DNA of 64,000 nucleotides, taken from the NCBI GenBank assembly GCA_963845755.1, contig CAWJTV010000034.1:384001-448000 (forward strand), written 5' to 3'. Numbering within the stretch: position 1 is the stretch's first letter; each line of letters begins with the position of its first letter. This DNA is from an uncultured Planctomycetota bacterium. GTDB lineage: Bacteria > Planctomycetota > Planctomycetia > Isosphaerales > Isosphaeraceae. The position numbers and the translations under genes were made by a program. Shown here piece after piece: positions 20,535-30,586 of this stretch. The notes under the pieces are model-generated. The model worked only from the letters and a program-made list of their open reading frames with translations. It ran no database searches and was not told where the DNA came from.

Positions 20535-20959
20535 CCGCCTCATGATTGTGCGGCACAAGTCAAAGCAACATGATCGATCCCGTACCCGGGGCCGACTCGA
20601 TCGCACGTGCCGACGCCCAGCCGGACTCGCGATGGCCGACACACGCAGCCCGGCCACCACGGCCAGTCCTGAGCCAATCCATCAATTCGACATCCGTTTC
20701 GCTTCTAGGAGGAGATTCAAGGAGGGCTGACGGTCGGAGGACAGAGCCCCCTCCTCCACGCGGACTTCCAGCGTGACCAACGTCGTTTTGTAGGAGCCGG
20801 CTCCGTCCGGCGATCTTCATTCAAGCGTGAAGCGATCTAAGAGCGCATCACGCTTGCGTTGCGCACGCGAGGCTAGCCGATCATCTGCGGCCTGAGGAAT
20901 GCCGACGAAATAACTTCCCGGATTCCGGAGGTACTTAGTGACTATCTCGGAAGGTCTTT

Positions 20960-21025
20960 GTAGGGTGCTCTGTGAGCACCGATCCGGTGTACTTTGCCGA
21001 ATTCGGTGCTCACAGAGCACCCTAC
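20960..21025. repeat. GTAG-type REP doublet (REPIN-like)
   Basis: GTAGGGTGCTCTGTGAGCACCGA...TCGGTGCTCACAGAGCACCCTAC: perfect inverted pair, each half a hairpin with a GTAG foot. Confidence 0.85.
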
Positions 21026-21065
21026 GAGACGGCCATTGAGGCTTCCAGGACAGACTCGTACTTAC

Positions 21066-21296
21066 CAGCGGGTTTTCGGGAAGTTGTTTCGTCAGCGGTC
21101 CAAAGGCCGCCGGAGCCCAGCCCCGGGTGAAACCCGGGGTCCGACAGCAAACCCGCATCCGAGCGGCCTGTAGGGCCGCAGGAGACCCCCGCCAGCACCC
21201 CTTCAGGGTGCACCCGTCGGGGCGGTGCGACCGAGTCCCGGGGTTTCCACCCCGGGCTGGGCTCCGGCGGCCCTTCAGGCCGCAGAAGATCCGCTG
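21066..21296. repeat. Large nested palindromic repeat / MITE-like element
   Basis: Outer IR CAGCGGGTTTTC/GAAGATCCGCTG; inner IR GGCCGCCGGAGCCCAGCCCCGGGTGAAACCCGGGG/CCCGGGGTTTCCACCCCGGGCTGGGCTCCGGCGGCC. Confidence 0.7.
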
Positions 21297-21532
21297 TTTG
21301 CGTGCGCAACCCATCGGTGAAGCGATCTCGGCAGTCTCCGGGGAAGTCTCGCGCGCCCTCCGCTCGAATTCACGGAAGGAGGACTTCGGCCAGATAACCC
21401 ACGGCGCGATTGGGCGTTAGGTTCGATCTCGGGAGAATTCCCGTCCAAGTCCGAATAAAATCGTGGAAGGATTCCCCGGTCTCAAGACAGTATGGAGTAC
21501 CAGGTAGGGACAGGCAGACGGGAGTGCTCCTG

Positions 21533-23317
21533 ATGGCGATACGCGTTTCCGGAACGGCGATCGGTGAAATCCAGACCCTCTTCTGTTGGGGAGCGATGGG
21601 GTCGTGGACAGATAACCAGTTAGTGACGCAGTTCCTCGCCGGCCAGGATGGGAGCGAGGCTGCGTTTCGGATGCTGATCCATCGCCACGGGCCGATGGTG
21701 CTGGGCGTCTGCCGGCGGATCCTGGGCAACGAGCACGCGGCGGAGGATGCCTTCCAGGCGACCTTCCTGGTGCTGGTGAAGAAGGCGGGGAGGCTCCGGG
21801 ATTGCAATTTGCTGACGAATTGGCTCTACGGCGTGGCCCTCCGCGTGGCCAGCCGGGAGCGAGCCCGCGGGGCGCGTCGGCGTGTCGTGGAACAAAAAGC
21901 GGCCGAGTCATCGATCCGGTCCGAGGGCGAACTCGAACGGTTGGAGTTGCGGTCGGTCATCGATGAGGAGATCCGGCGACTGCCCGAGCGGTATCGGTTG
22001 CCGCTGCTGCTCTGCCACGTCGAGGGCCTGCGTCACGACGAGGTCGCGCAGCGGCTGGGCTGCCCGGTGGGGACGGTCGAGAGCCGATTGTCCCGGGCGC
22101 GGCAGCAGTTGCGAGCCCGGCTCGAACGGCGGGGGCTGGCGCCGTCGGCCTCGGCGCTGGGAGCCATCCCGCAATCGGAGAAAACCGGATGTCTTCCCCC
22201 CTCGCTGGTCGAGGCCACCGTCCAGGCCGCGGTCGGGCCGGCGGCCAGCCCGCCCGGGATCATGACCGCGGCGGCCTCGTTCGCTCTTCCACGCGTCGCT
22301 CGTCTCTTCGCCGGGCTTCCTTCCAGGGCCGCGGTGGTCGCGACGGCCCTGGCGATCTCCGTCGGCGCCGCCATCGGCCTGGGCGTCTTCCGGGTGGACG
22401 GCGAGACGCCTCGGCCCAGCTCGATGCCTCCCGCTCCAGTCGAGGATCCGGCTCGCGAGAGCCCGCATGCTCAGCCCGCGCGAGTCGTACCGATCAATCC
22501 ACTCCGGCCCTCGTCGGCCGTCGCCAGCCCCATCTCCGGCATCACCATCGACGGCCGGCTCGATGACTGGCCGAAGGATCTCGAGTCGTATCCGATCCGG
22601 CGCCAGCTCTCCGATCGGCCGGCATCCGACGCGAAATCTCGGGAGCGGAGTCGAGATCCCGAGGCGCACTTTCAGGCTGGGTACGACCACCAGGCCGGAT
22701 TGATCTATCTGGCCGTCGTGGTGCGCGACAGAGAATTCGTCGTCCCCGTCGCTGCAGAGAAGGGGCTCGAGAACAACCGCTACGAGACCGACGCGGTCGA
22801 GGTCTACGTCGATGGAGCCTTCTCCGATCGCAAGATCCCCGAACCGTCCGGGGACTGGCGTGAGTCGCTCAATGCCGCGACGATGCCCGTTCTCCAGTAC
22901 GTCGGCATTCCCGGCCCCGCTGCTGCCTATGGGGACCCCTGGGGTTCCAACCCGTCGCTGGTCTATGCCAGGACCCGGGAGCCGCGCACTCGGATGGAGG
23001 CTCGACGTGAAGGGGACCTCACAACCTACGAGTGGGCCATCCAGGCTTACGACCGATTCCCCGATCGGCCGACTGCACTCGTCGCCGGGAAGCGGATCGG
23101 ACTCGATGTGGTCGTCGTTGACAAGGACTCCGGCAAGGGACTGTCCGCCTGGATGTACTGGGGCCCGAAATACACTGGTTTCAAGGGCTGCGATGCCTCG
23201 AACCTCGGCGAGTTGATCCTCGCCGAAACACCTGGGCCGCATCACATCGCCCAACGCCCAGCCAACCGTTCGAGGGGCTTCTCCGAAAACTCCACGCCTT
23301 CGGTCTCGGCGGATTAG
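21533..23317 (+). CDS. ECF sigma factor with TM helix and C-terminal CBM9/DOMON-like sugar-binding domain
   Basis: HRHGPMVLGVCRRIL...AAEDAFQATFL, LPERYRLPLLLC...GTVESRLSRAR; TM AAVVATALAISVGAAIGLGVF; ITIDGRLDDW...IYLAVVVRD...DAVEVYVD. Confidence 0.9.
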   Translation: MAIRVSGTAIGEIQTLFCWGAMGSWTDNQLVTQFLAGQDGSEAAFRMLIHRHGPMVLGVCRRILGNEHAAEDAFQATFLVLVKKAGRLRDCNLLTNWLYGVALRVASRERARGARRRVVEQKAAESSIRSEGELERLELRSVIDEEIRRLPERYRLPLLLCHVEGLRHDEVAQRLGCPVGTVESRLSRARQQLRARLERRGLAPSASALGAIPQSEKTGCLPPSLVEATVQAAVGPAASPPGIMTAAASFALPRVARLFAGLPSRAAVVATALAISVGAAIGLGVFRVDGETPRPSSMPPAPVEDPARESPHAQPARVVPINPLRPSSAVASPISGITIDGRLDDWPKDLESYPIRRQLSDRPASDAKSRERSRDPEAHFQAGYDHQAGLIYLAVVVRDREFVVPVAAEKGLENNRYETDAVEVYVDGAFSDRKIPEPSGDWRESLNAATMPVLQYVGIPGPAAAYGDPWGSNPSLVYARTREPRTRMEARREGDLTTYEWAIQAYDRFPDRPTALVAGKRIGLDVVVVDKDSGKGLSAWMYWGPKYTGFKGCDASNLGELILAETPGPHHIAQRPANRSRGFSENSTPSVSAD

Positions 23318-23447
23318 CCGCTGATCAGATAGACGGGTGAGCCTCTCGAGTCCACGCGATCGGGTCCGGGGATCCTCGTCCACGCTGCGCGCATCGGGCG
23401 GGCCGGGGAATTCGCTGACGTTGTCCTGAAAACTCGGATGGGATAAC

Positions 23448-23942
23448 ATGATGATTTCTTCACTATTGATACCGATCTCCCGAGGCGTCGGCGCCTTCCT
23501 GCTCGGCGGGGTGATCCTCTGGCAGGTGGCCGAGCATTGCGGCCCGAGCATGGGCACGGCCATCGTCCATGTCTCGATGACCCCGGTGGAGGTGACGATC
23601 GATGAGACCACCTTCCCGGTCGAGTCGATCTGGATGACTCCCGTCGTCTGTGACCTGAGGCCCGGCCGCCACACGGTCCGGATGCTTCAGGAGGGCCGGA
23701 TGCTCTATGAAGAGCAATTCCTGTTGAAACCCGGCGAGGAGATAATCCTGACAGCCTGGGATGGGTACAAAGATGGGCGAAGTTCGCCCGAGACCGACTG
23801 GGGTGTGAACCCCGATCGAGCCCATCACGCGCCGACCTTGAAGGCTCCGGTCGCCCATGAATGCAGCGACCGATTATCGCCCGACCAGCCGAAAAGACGG
23901 CATGATGTTTGCAACCCTCCCTGGGGTAGTCGTGGCGATTGA
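23448..23942 (+). CDS. Membrane-anchored PEGA-like domain protein
   Basis: N-terminal TM; VEVTIDE...DLRPGRHTVRM. Confidence 0.6.
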   Translation: MMISSLLIPISRGVGAFLLGGVILWQVAEHCGPSMGTAIVHVSMTPVEVTIDETTFPVESIWMTPVVCDLRPGRHTVRMLQEGRMLYEEQFLLKPGEEIILTAWDGYKDGRSSPETDWGVNPDRAHHAPTLKAPVAHECSDRLSPDQPKRRHDVCNPPWGSRGD

Positions 23943-24078
23943 TCGTCGTCCGGCTCACCCGCCACCGGAACCGGAGCTCGCTCCCCGGCCCTTTGCCGTG
24001 GATAACCGATGGGCCGGGGAGCGGCTCACACTGAGTGCGCCGTCGCGAGCCGGGCTTGCAACCAGGGGAGGAACCATC

Positions 24079-24516
24079 ATGGATCGTCGAGAATTGTTGA
24101 GCGGTTTGGGTGGTGGTATGGCCGGGCTGGCCGCCTTGGGAGTCGGCACCGCCCGCGCCGACCAAAAGGGTCACCCGCATGTCGAGCACTGCCAGACCCT
24201 GAGCGACTGTGCCAGGACCTGCAACGAGGCGTCCCATCACTGCCTCGGGCAGGTGGCCAAAGGTGGTCCCCATGCCGAGTACCACGTCAAGGCCCACGAG
24301 GCGGCGATGGACTGCCAGGCATTCTGCACGCTGACGGCCACCTTGGCGGCACGCAGTAGCCCGATGGCGCGGTACGCCCACGCCGCATGTGCCGACGCCT
24401 GCCGCGACTGTGCCGCAGCGTGTGAGGGGCACCAGGATGAGATCATGAAGGAATGCGTCACGGCGTGCCAGAACTGCGAGAAGATGTGTCGGCAGATGGC
24501 GGCTGGCACCCGCTGA
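24079..24516 (+). CDS. Tat-exported four-helix-bundle copper storage protein (Csp/DUF326-like)
   Basis: MDRRELL Tat signal ending ARA; 14 Cys in CxxxC/CxxC spacing; RBS GGGGAGG. Confidence 0.85.
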   Translation: MDRRELLSGLGGGMAGLAALGVGTARADQKGHPHVEHCQTLSDCARTCNEASHHCLGQVAKGGPHAEYHVKAHEAAMDCQAFCTLTATLAARSSPMARYAHAACADACRDCAAACEGHQDEIMKECVTACQNCEKMCRQMAAGTR

Positions 24517-24969
24517 CCGGCCGAGGATCGGCCGCTTGAACGGTTCTCAAAGGGTGTCCGAGAAGGACACGGTATCGTCGTGGTCTTGGGGTGGGTCGAG
24601 CCTGGATTCATCGAGGCGAGGCCCACCGGATTCGCCGGCATCGGTGGAGACCGGTCTGTTGCGAAGTTGAAACGTTTCCTGACCTGTTCCGAATCGGCAG
24701 CGTCTTTTCTGGCCGATTCAGATGGTAGTCGCTTGACAACTCCGCCTTAATTATGATATACAATGAGGAACCTTGCATGACGATGTGTGACCTGGGATCC
24801 TGCCGCCTTCCCGTGAATCACCTGGCTTCGAAGCCTTTCCATCACGCCTCTTTTATGAGGCTTGTGTGATTCCAGAAGAGACGATCTCGGTTGCCGAGCA
24901 TCCGCGAGGAAGCAGTAACTCAGGTGCTGGTTCCAACGATTATGCGACCCGTTGCACGGTAGATCTGCC

Positions 24970-25329
24970 ATGTCGGCGCACCGAGAATACCGGCATCTCC
25001 TTCTGAGAATGGGTCAGTCCAGCCTGGCCCGCGAAGAGCGAAAGCTCTCGGTTCGAGAATCCCTGAACACCGTCATTCTTGGCGGCCTCTCCACAGCGTT
25101 CGGTGTCATCGTGCTGATGGCGATGGGCATCGGGATGGAGGGACCTCCCGCTCGAGAATACCTCGACCACACGGGAGTCTGGGGCCTGCTGGCCATGTTC
25201 GGCGAATTGCTGGGTCTGGCCGGCATCATCCTGGCCCAGAAGCGGTACGGAGCGATCGCTCCGCTTTCGATCCTGGGGACCGTCCTCTGCCTGAGCCACT
25301 TCGTCCTCTTTTTGTGCATGAGACCATGA
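24970..25329 (+). CDS. Small three-TM membrane protein, hypothetical
   Basis: Three hydrophobic segments in ORF 24952..25329; start uncertain. Confidence 0.55.
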   Translation: MSAHREYRHLLLRMGQSSLAREERKLSVRESLNTVILGGLSTAFGVIVLMAMGIGMEGPPAREYLDHTGVWGLLAMFGELLGLAGIILAQKRYGAIAPLSILGTVLCLSHFVLFLCMRP

Positions 25330-25461
25330 TCCGGCGATGGGCCGGTGGTCATGGCCTGGGGGCGGAATCGATCGCTCCGCCGTGAGTGCGGTGGTCTCGC
25401 GGCGGGGGACGTCGGCCGCTATCATGGCGCGCGCCTCGGCGCGCGCCCGTGGATCCTCTGA

Positions 25462-25580
25462 GAGTCTGTCCCAGAAGGGCGAGCGGGGGGCGTCAGCCCC
25501 CTGTCCGGTGAGCGACGGACCTCCAAGACAGGGGCTGACGCCCCCCGCTCGCCCGGACCGGCCCCTTCGGGGACAGACTC
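25462..25580 (+). mobile_element. ~120-bp MITE with GAGTCTGT...ACAGACTC termini and TGA target duplication, copy 1
   Basis: TGA|GAGTCTGTCCC...GGGACAGACTC|TGA; internal palindrome GGCGAGCGGGGGGCGTCAGCCCCCTG; homologous to 63067-63186. Confidence 0.8.
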
Positions 25581-25657
25581 TGAGTGACCCTTGCGGGGAG
25601 TGCGCGGCTCCGAGGGAGGGTTTGCGACCTGCCGACGACCAACCAGGAATACCACCA

Positions 25658-26518
25658 ATGCACGACAATTCGCTCAGTTTGCAGCCGAGGACGGACTTCA
25701 GCCGACGGGAGTTCGTCGTGACGTCGCTCGCCGCCGGGTTCGCCCTCGCGGCTCAGCCGGTCTCTGCGCAGACGATCACCACCGACACCAAGGGACTGGA
25801 AGCCGGCGAGGTGAAGGTCCCGGTCCCGGACGGCGAGATTCCGGCCTACCGCGCCATGCCGGCGGAAGGGGAGAAGTTCCCGACGATCCTGGTCGTCCAG
25901 GAAATCTTCGGGGTCCACGAACACATCAAGGACGTCTGCCGCCGGTTGGCCAAGCTGGGATACTACGCCATCGCACCCGAGATGTACGCCCGTCAGGGGG
26001 ACGTCTCCAATCTCAAGGATTTCCAGGAAATCCTCAAGATCGTGATGAAGGTCCCCGACGCTCAGGTCATGTCCGACCTGGACGCGGCCGTGGCCTATGC
26101 GAAGAAATCCGGCAAGGCCGACACCGCCAGGCTCGGCATCACCGGCTTCTGCTGGGGCGGTCGCATCGTCTGGCTCTACGGCGCGCACAACCCCAACCTG
26201 AAGGCAGGGGTCGCCTGGTACGGCCGGCTCGTCGGTCAGGCCGATGACCTTCATCCCAAACATCCCGTCGACGTCGCAGCGTCGATCAAGGCCCCCATCC
26301 TCGGCCTTTATGGTGCGGCGGACCAGGGCATCCCGGTTTCCTCGGTCAACCAGATGCGCACTGCGATGAAGGAAGCGGGCAACACCGCCGAGATCATCGT
26401 CTATCCGGACACGCCCCATGCCTTCTTCGCCGACTACCGGCCGAGCTACCGCAAGGAGCAGGCCGAGGACGGCTGGAAGCGCCTGCTCGTATGGTTCAAG
26501 AAGAACGGCCTGGCGTGA
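25658..26518 (+). CDS. Tat-exported dienelactone hydrolase family protein
   Basis: SRREFV Tat motif, [27 protein letters not shown]. Confidence 0.92.
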   Translation: MHDNSLSLQPRTDFSRREFVVTSLAAGFALAAQPVSAQTITTDTKGLEAGEVKVPVPDGEIPAYRAMPAEGEKFPTILVVQEIFGVHEHIKDVCRRLAKLGYYAIAPEMYARQGDVSNLKDFQEILKIVMKVPDAQVMSDLDAAVAYAKKSGKADTARLGITGFCWGGRIVWLYGAHNPNLKAGVAWYGRLVGQADDLHPKHPVDVAASIKAPILGLYGAADQGIPVSSVNQMRTAMKEAGNTAEIIVYPDTPHAFFADYRPSYRKEQAEDGWKRLLVWFKKNGLA

Positions 26519-26713
26519 GTGACCTGGAAAGCAAAGTACGAGCGGCCCTGACGGCGAGGGGATGACCATCGGCGCCGCCAAGGGCCGCTCTCGTTATCAT
26601 GGAATCCGGAGCCAGCGAGGAGGCCAATCGATCCCGCCGCGACCACCCGGGAGCGGAACACATCCTTACTTCTGCGAGGGTCCCTCGGCCGGCACCAGCC
26701 AGGGAGTTCCTCC

Positions 26714-29700
26714 ATGCGCAACCTGTCTTATCATTGCTGGTCAATGGCCCTTCTCGCATCGCTCGGCTCGGGCGGCTGCAACAGTTCCAGACCGGACGTC
26801 GCCTCTCACGCGGCGGACCATCCCGAGGAGGCCAAGGCCAATCCCAAGCCTGAGTCCGGTGAAGGAATCCCGCCCGACCGGCTCGATTCCATTTTGAAAG
26901 CGCACTACCACGGCCTCGGGTCCATCGAGCGGTACGATTACGAGAAGGCCGCCGAGTCATTCCGGAAGGTCCACGAGCTGGCACCGCAGTGGATCCCGGG
27001 ATCGATCAACCTTGCGATTGCCCTGATGCACGACACAGGTGTTCGAAGGGATGGACTGGGACTGTCTGATGAACGACATCCGTGGCCGAGGCGCTCGCTC
27101 TTTTCAATGATGTCATCGAGCGCGATCCCAGGAACAAGCACGCCCGATACTGTCGCGGGCTGATGTTCGAGATGGTCGATCAATTCGAGAAGGCCCATGC
27201 CGACTTCCAGGTCGTCGTTGACCAGGATCCGAACGATGCTCACGCCTGGTACATGCTGGGCTCGACCGTGGGACACATGGTGAAAGGTGGTCGTCAAGCG
27301 GACGAGCAGATCGCGGACTTAAAGAAGGCCCTGGAGTGCAATCCGTATCTATCAGCCGCGGTGTACAAACTGTCTTTCGCCTACCGCTTGGCAGGTGATC
27401 AGGAGGCGACGAAGACGCTTCTCAACCTCTGGAAACAGCTCGATGGAGGACAAAGCGGCAGTCGCTTCGGCGATGAGATGGCGAAACTCTACGGCGTGGA
27501 AGGCCGCTATGCCCAGGTGATCAACCCGCTCGTCGATCAAAAGGCTCCCTCGAGCCCGATCCGGCCTCCTCGATTCGATCTCCCGGCGCCGATGAAGGTC
27601 CAACTCTCGGAAGGAGAGCGTTGGGTGTCGTCGTCGGATTTCACGGGCCGGATGGCCGTCATTGGTCGGGCGCGGGCGCGCTTCGGCGCCCCGATCGTGG
27701 CGTTCGACGCCGATGATGACGGCCGGACCGATCTCCTCCTGCCTGCGGCCATCGTCGGTCCGCGAGGCATCCGCGACGCCCTACTCCTGAATCGTGGCGA
27801 AGGGTCCTTCGAGGATGCAACCCTGCTATGGGGTTTGCCGACCGATCGAGCGAGCCTGGGTGCAGCCGCGGGCGACTTTGACGGCGATGGCCGCGTGGAC
27901 CTCTTTCTCACCGGCATCGGGGACAACTTCCTGTATCGCAACGAGAGACCTAACCGCTTCCAGGACGTGACGAAAGCCGCGGGCGTGGGCGGTCCTCCCG
28001 CGCTGAGCGTGACGGCGCGGTGGCTCGACCTCGACCAGGACGGCGATCTCGACTTGTATGTCGTCAACTACACCGGCATCGATCATCTTGACCAGGCGCT
28101 TCACCGACAAGACACCCCCCGGGATCGCCAATAGCGTGTATCGCAACGATGGCCAACCATCGCCCATTCCCGGCACTCCGCCGAGCGAGTGGGCTCCCCG
28201 GGCGATGGCCCGAGATCCCGCGAAGGTGCCCTCGGGCCTCTCGATCAAGATGACCCCCTGGACCGGCTCCGAGGCGATTCTCGGCGGTGTTGCCGCCCAC
28301 ACAGGGCTGGCCCTGCTCGATCTCGACGACGATCGCGACCTGGACCTCGTGCTCGCCGCCGAGGGCGCAGTTCCGCACGCGATCCTCAATGATCGCATCG
28401 GGCGACTTCCATGCTGCGACGATCCAGGGTCCCGCGCCGCGCGTCGCGGATGCAGGACTGCTCGTCATCGATCTCGACAGTGACAATCACCCCGATCTCG
28501 TGGCCTCGGATGCCGGGGGCAAGGTGACAGCGTGGAGAAACGTCACCTTCCGCAAGCGCGCTGACGTGACGATCGCTCTCGAGCGCTGGCCGACCAATGC
28601 TGTCGGCTGCCGGGGCGCCATGGCCGCCGATGTCGACCTTGATGGCCGGCCCGACCTGCTGGGCCTGACTTCGTCCGATGGCTTGCCGATCCCCGGATGG
28701 GCACGAAACAACGGCATGCGCCTCTCCGCGATGAGTCTGCCAATCGGCCCCGACGATTCGGGAGCCCGCACGATCCCGGCGATGGCCTGGTCAGACCTGG
28801 CCGGCGATGCGCTCCCCGACCTCGTCTTCATCAAGGATGGCGAGAGTCCTCGGGTGGTCCGCAACCTGGGTAACGGACATCACTGGCTGGCGCTCCGGCT
28901 CAGCGGCCGATGGGCGTCCTTTGGCCGGCTGAGGACCAATCCCCACGGGATCGGAGCGCGGGTCTGGCTCCAGGGGCCGAACCTGAATGTCCCGTTTGAT
29001 GCCACCACGCTCGAGTCGGGACTGTCGCAATCGTGCGTCCCCCTCACCCTGGGCCTGGGTTCAAATGACGCATCGGCCGTCATGCACGTCCGCTGGCCGG
29101 ATGGCGTCAACCAGTGCGAGTTGAACGTCCCGGCCGATCAGACACTCTCCCTGGTGGAAACGACGCACCGCGTGAGCACCTGCCCGATCCTCTTCGCCTG
29201 GGATGGCCGACGGTTTCATTGCGTCGGCGACCTGCTCGATGGGGCTGGCCTGGGTTACTATCTCGCGCCCGGCGTCTGGAACGAGCCCGACCGCGACGAA
29301 GCCGTCGCCATCGACGGGAGTCAACTCCAGGCGGCCGATGGCGTGTACCGCGTGATCATCACAGAACCCATGGACGAAGTGGCGTACCTGGACCATCTGA
29401 CTCTCGAGGTGGTTGATCGACCGCCAGGCGTCTCGACGGCTCCGGATGAACGGTTCGTGGCCGAGGGAACCCGGCCGACCGGTCAGATCCTCGCCTGGAA
29501 ACGCAGCATCGAGCCCGTGAAGGCAACGGACCTCACGGGCAACGATCTGACCGAGACCCTCCGCTCCTGGGATCGCCGCACGGCGGACCACTTCAAGCGG
29601 CTGGAAGGTTGGAATGGCTATGCCCAGGAACATGGGATCGTCCTGGACTTCGGCGACCGCTTGTCTCGATTGAGTGGGTCCGACCGCCTCAGCCTTTGCC

Positions 29701-30478
29701 TCGCGGGTTGGGTCGAGTTTCCCTTCTCGCAGACCAATTACGCGGCCTCGACAGCCGGAGTTCCGCTGCGGCTCCCCGTACTCGAGCGCCGGCAGGAGGA
29801 TGGGAGCTGGACGCCCATCGACGCGAATCCGGGTTGTCCGTCGGGCTTGCCGAAGCTCACAATGCTCGATGTTACCGGAAAGCTCAACGGCCCGCGATGC
29901 GTCATCCGGCTCCGGACCAACCTGGAGTGCTATTGGGATCAGGCATTCCTGGCTGTCGTCGAGCCGGACCCTGGCATTCGGGTGACGTCTTTACCTGTGA
30001 CTCGCGCAGTCCTGGGTTATCGCGGTTACACGCTCGAGAGCTCGCCCGACGGTCGGATGCCCATGCTCTACGATTACGACAACGTCGTCCCCATGCCCCT
30101 GGCGCGGATGTCGGGGTATCTGACCCGATACGGGCAGGTCGCCCCGTTGCTCCAGGCGGACGACGATCGTCTCTGCCTGGTCGGGCCGGGTGACGAGGTC
30201 CGAGTGGACTTCGACGGGACGTCCGTTCCGGGTCTCGCACTGGGCTGGACGCGCTGCTACGTCCTGCGCACGGTAGGATATTGCAAGGACGCCGATCTCT
30301 TCACGGCAACGGGAGACACGGTGGGGCCGCTCCCCTGGCGCGGATGAAATCCTACCCGTTCGGTCCGGAGGGACAGCGTCCGGCAGACGCGGCCTACCAC
30401 GCCTACATCAGGGACTATCAAACGCGCGCGCGGCGGGCAATGTGGGAAACGACAGGAACGGCTCGCCCCAGGCGGTGA
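26714..30478 (+). CDS. Lipoprotein with TPR, FG-GAP repeats and ASPIC/UnbV-type domain (four frameshifts near 27080, 28100, 28400 and 30340)
   Basis: Lipobox-like LGSGGC; TPRs; DFDGDGRVDLF and DLDQDGDLDLYV repeats; NPHGIGARV, VRWPDGVNQCE, TCPILFAWDG, EPMDEVAYLD, GYCKDAD. Confidence 0.85.
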
Positions 30479-30586
30479 CCCCGAAACCGCCACGGACCCG
30501 ATGATTCGTTCGGCCGCAATGACTTCCACGCGGTTCCCAGGCGTCTTATGATGAGGTGGACGTTCGCGGGGCAAGGGGGATGAGCC

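Noticed and set aside
20700..20800. GGA-rich stretch as a CsrB/Rsm-like sRNA
   Set aside because: The GGAs lie mostly in the stems of REP-like hairpins rather than loops, and no terminator is evident
20817..21314. 165-aa ORF as a RAYT transposase
   Set aside because: It is largely translated palindromic repeat and lacks the HUH motif
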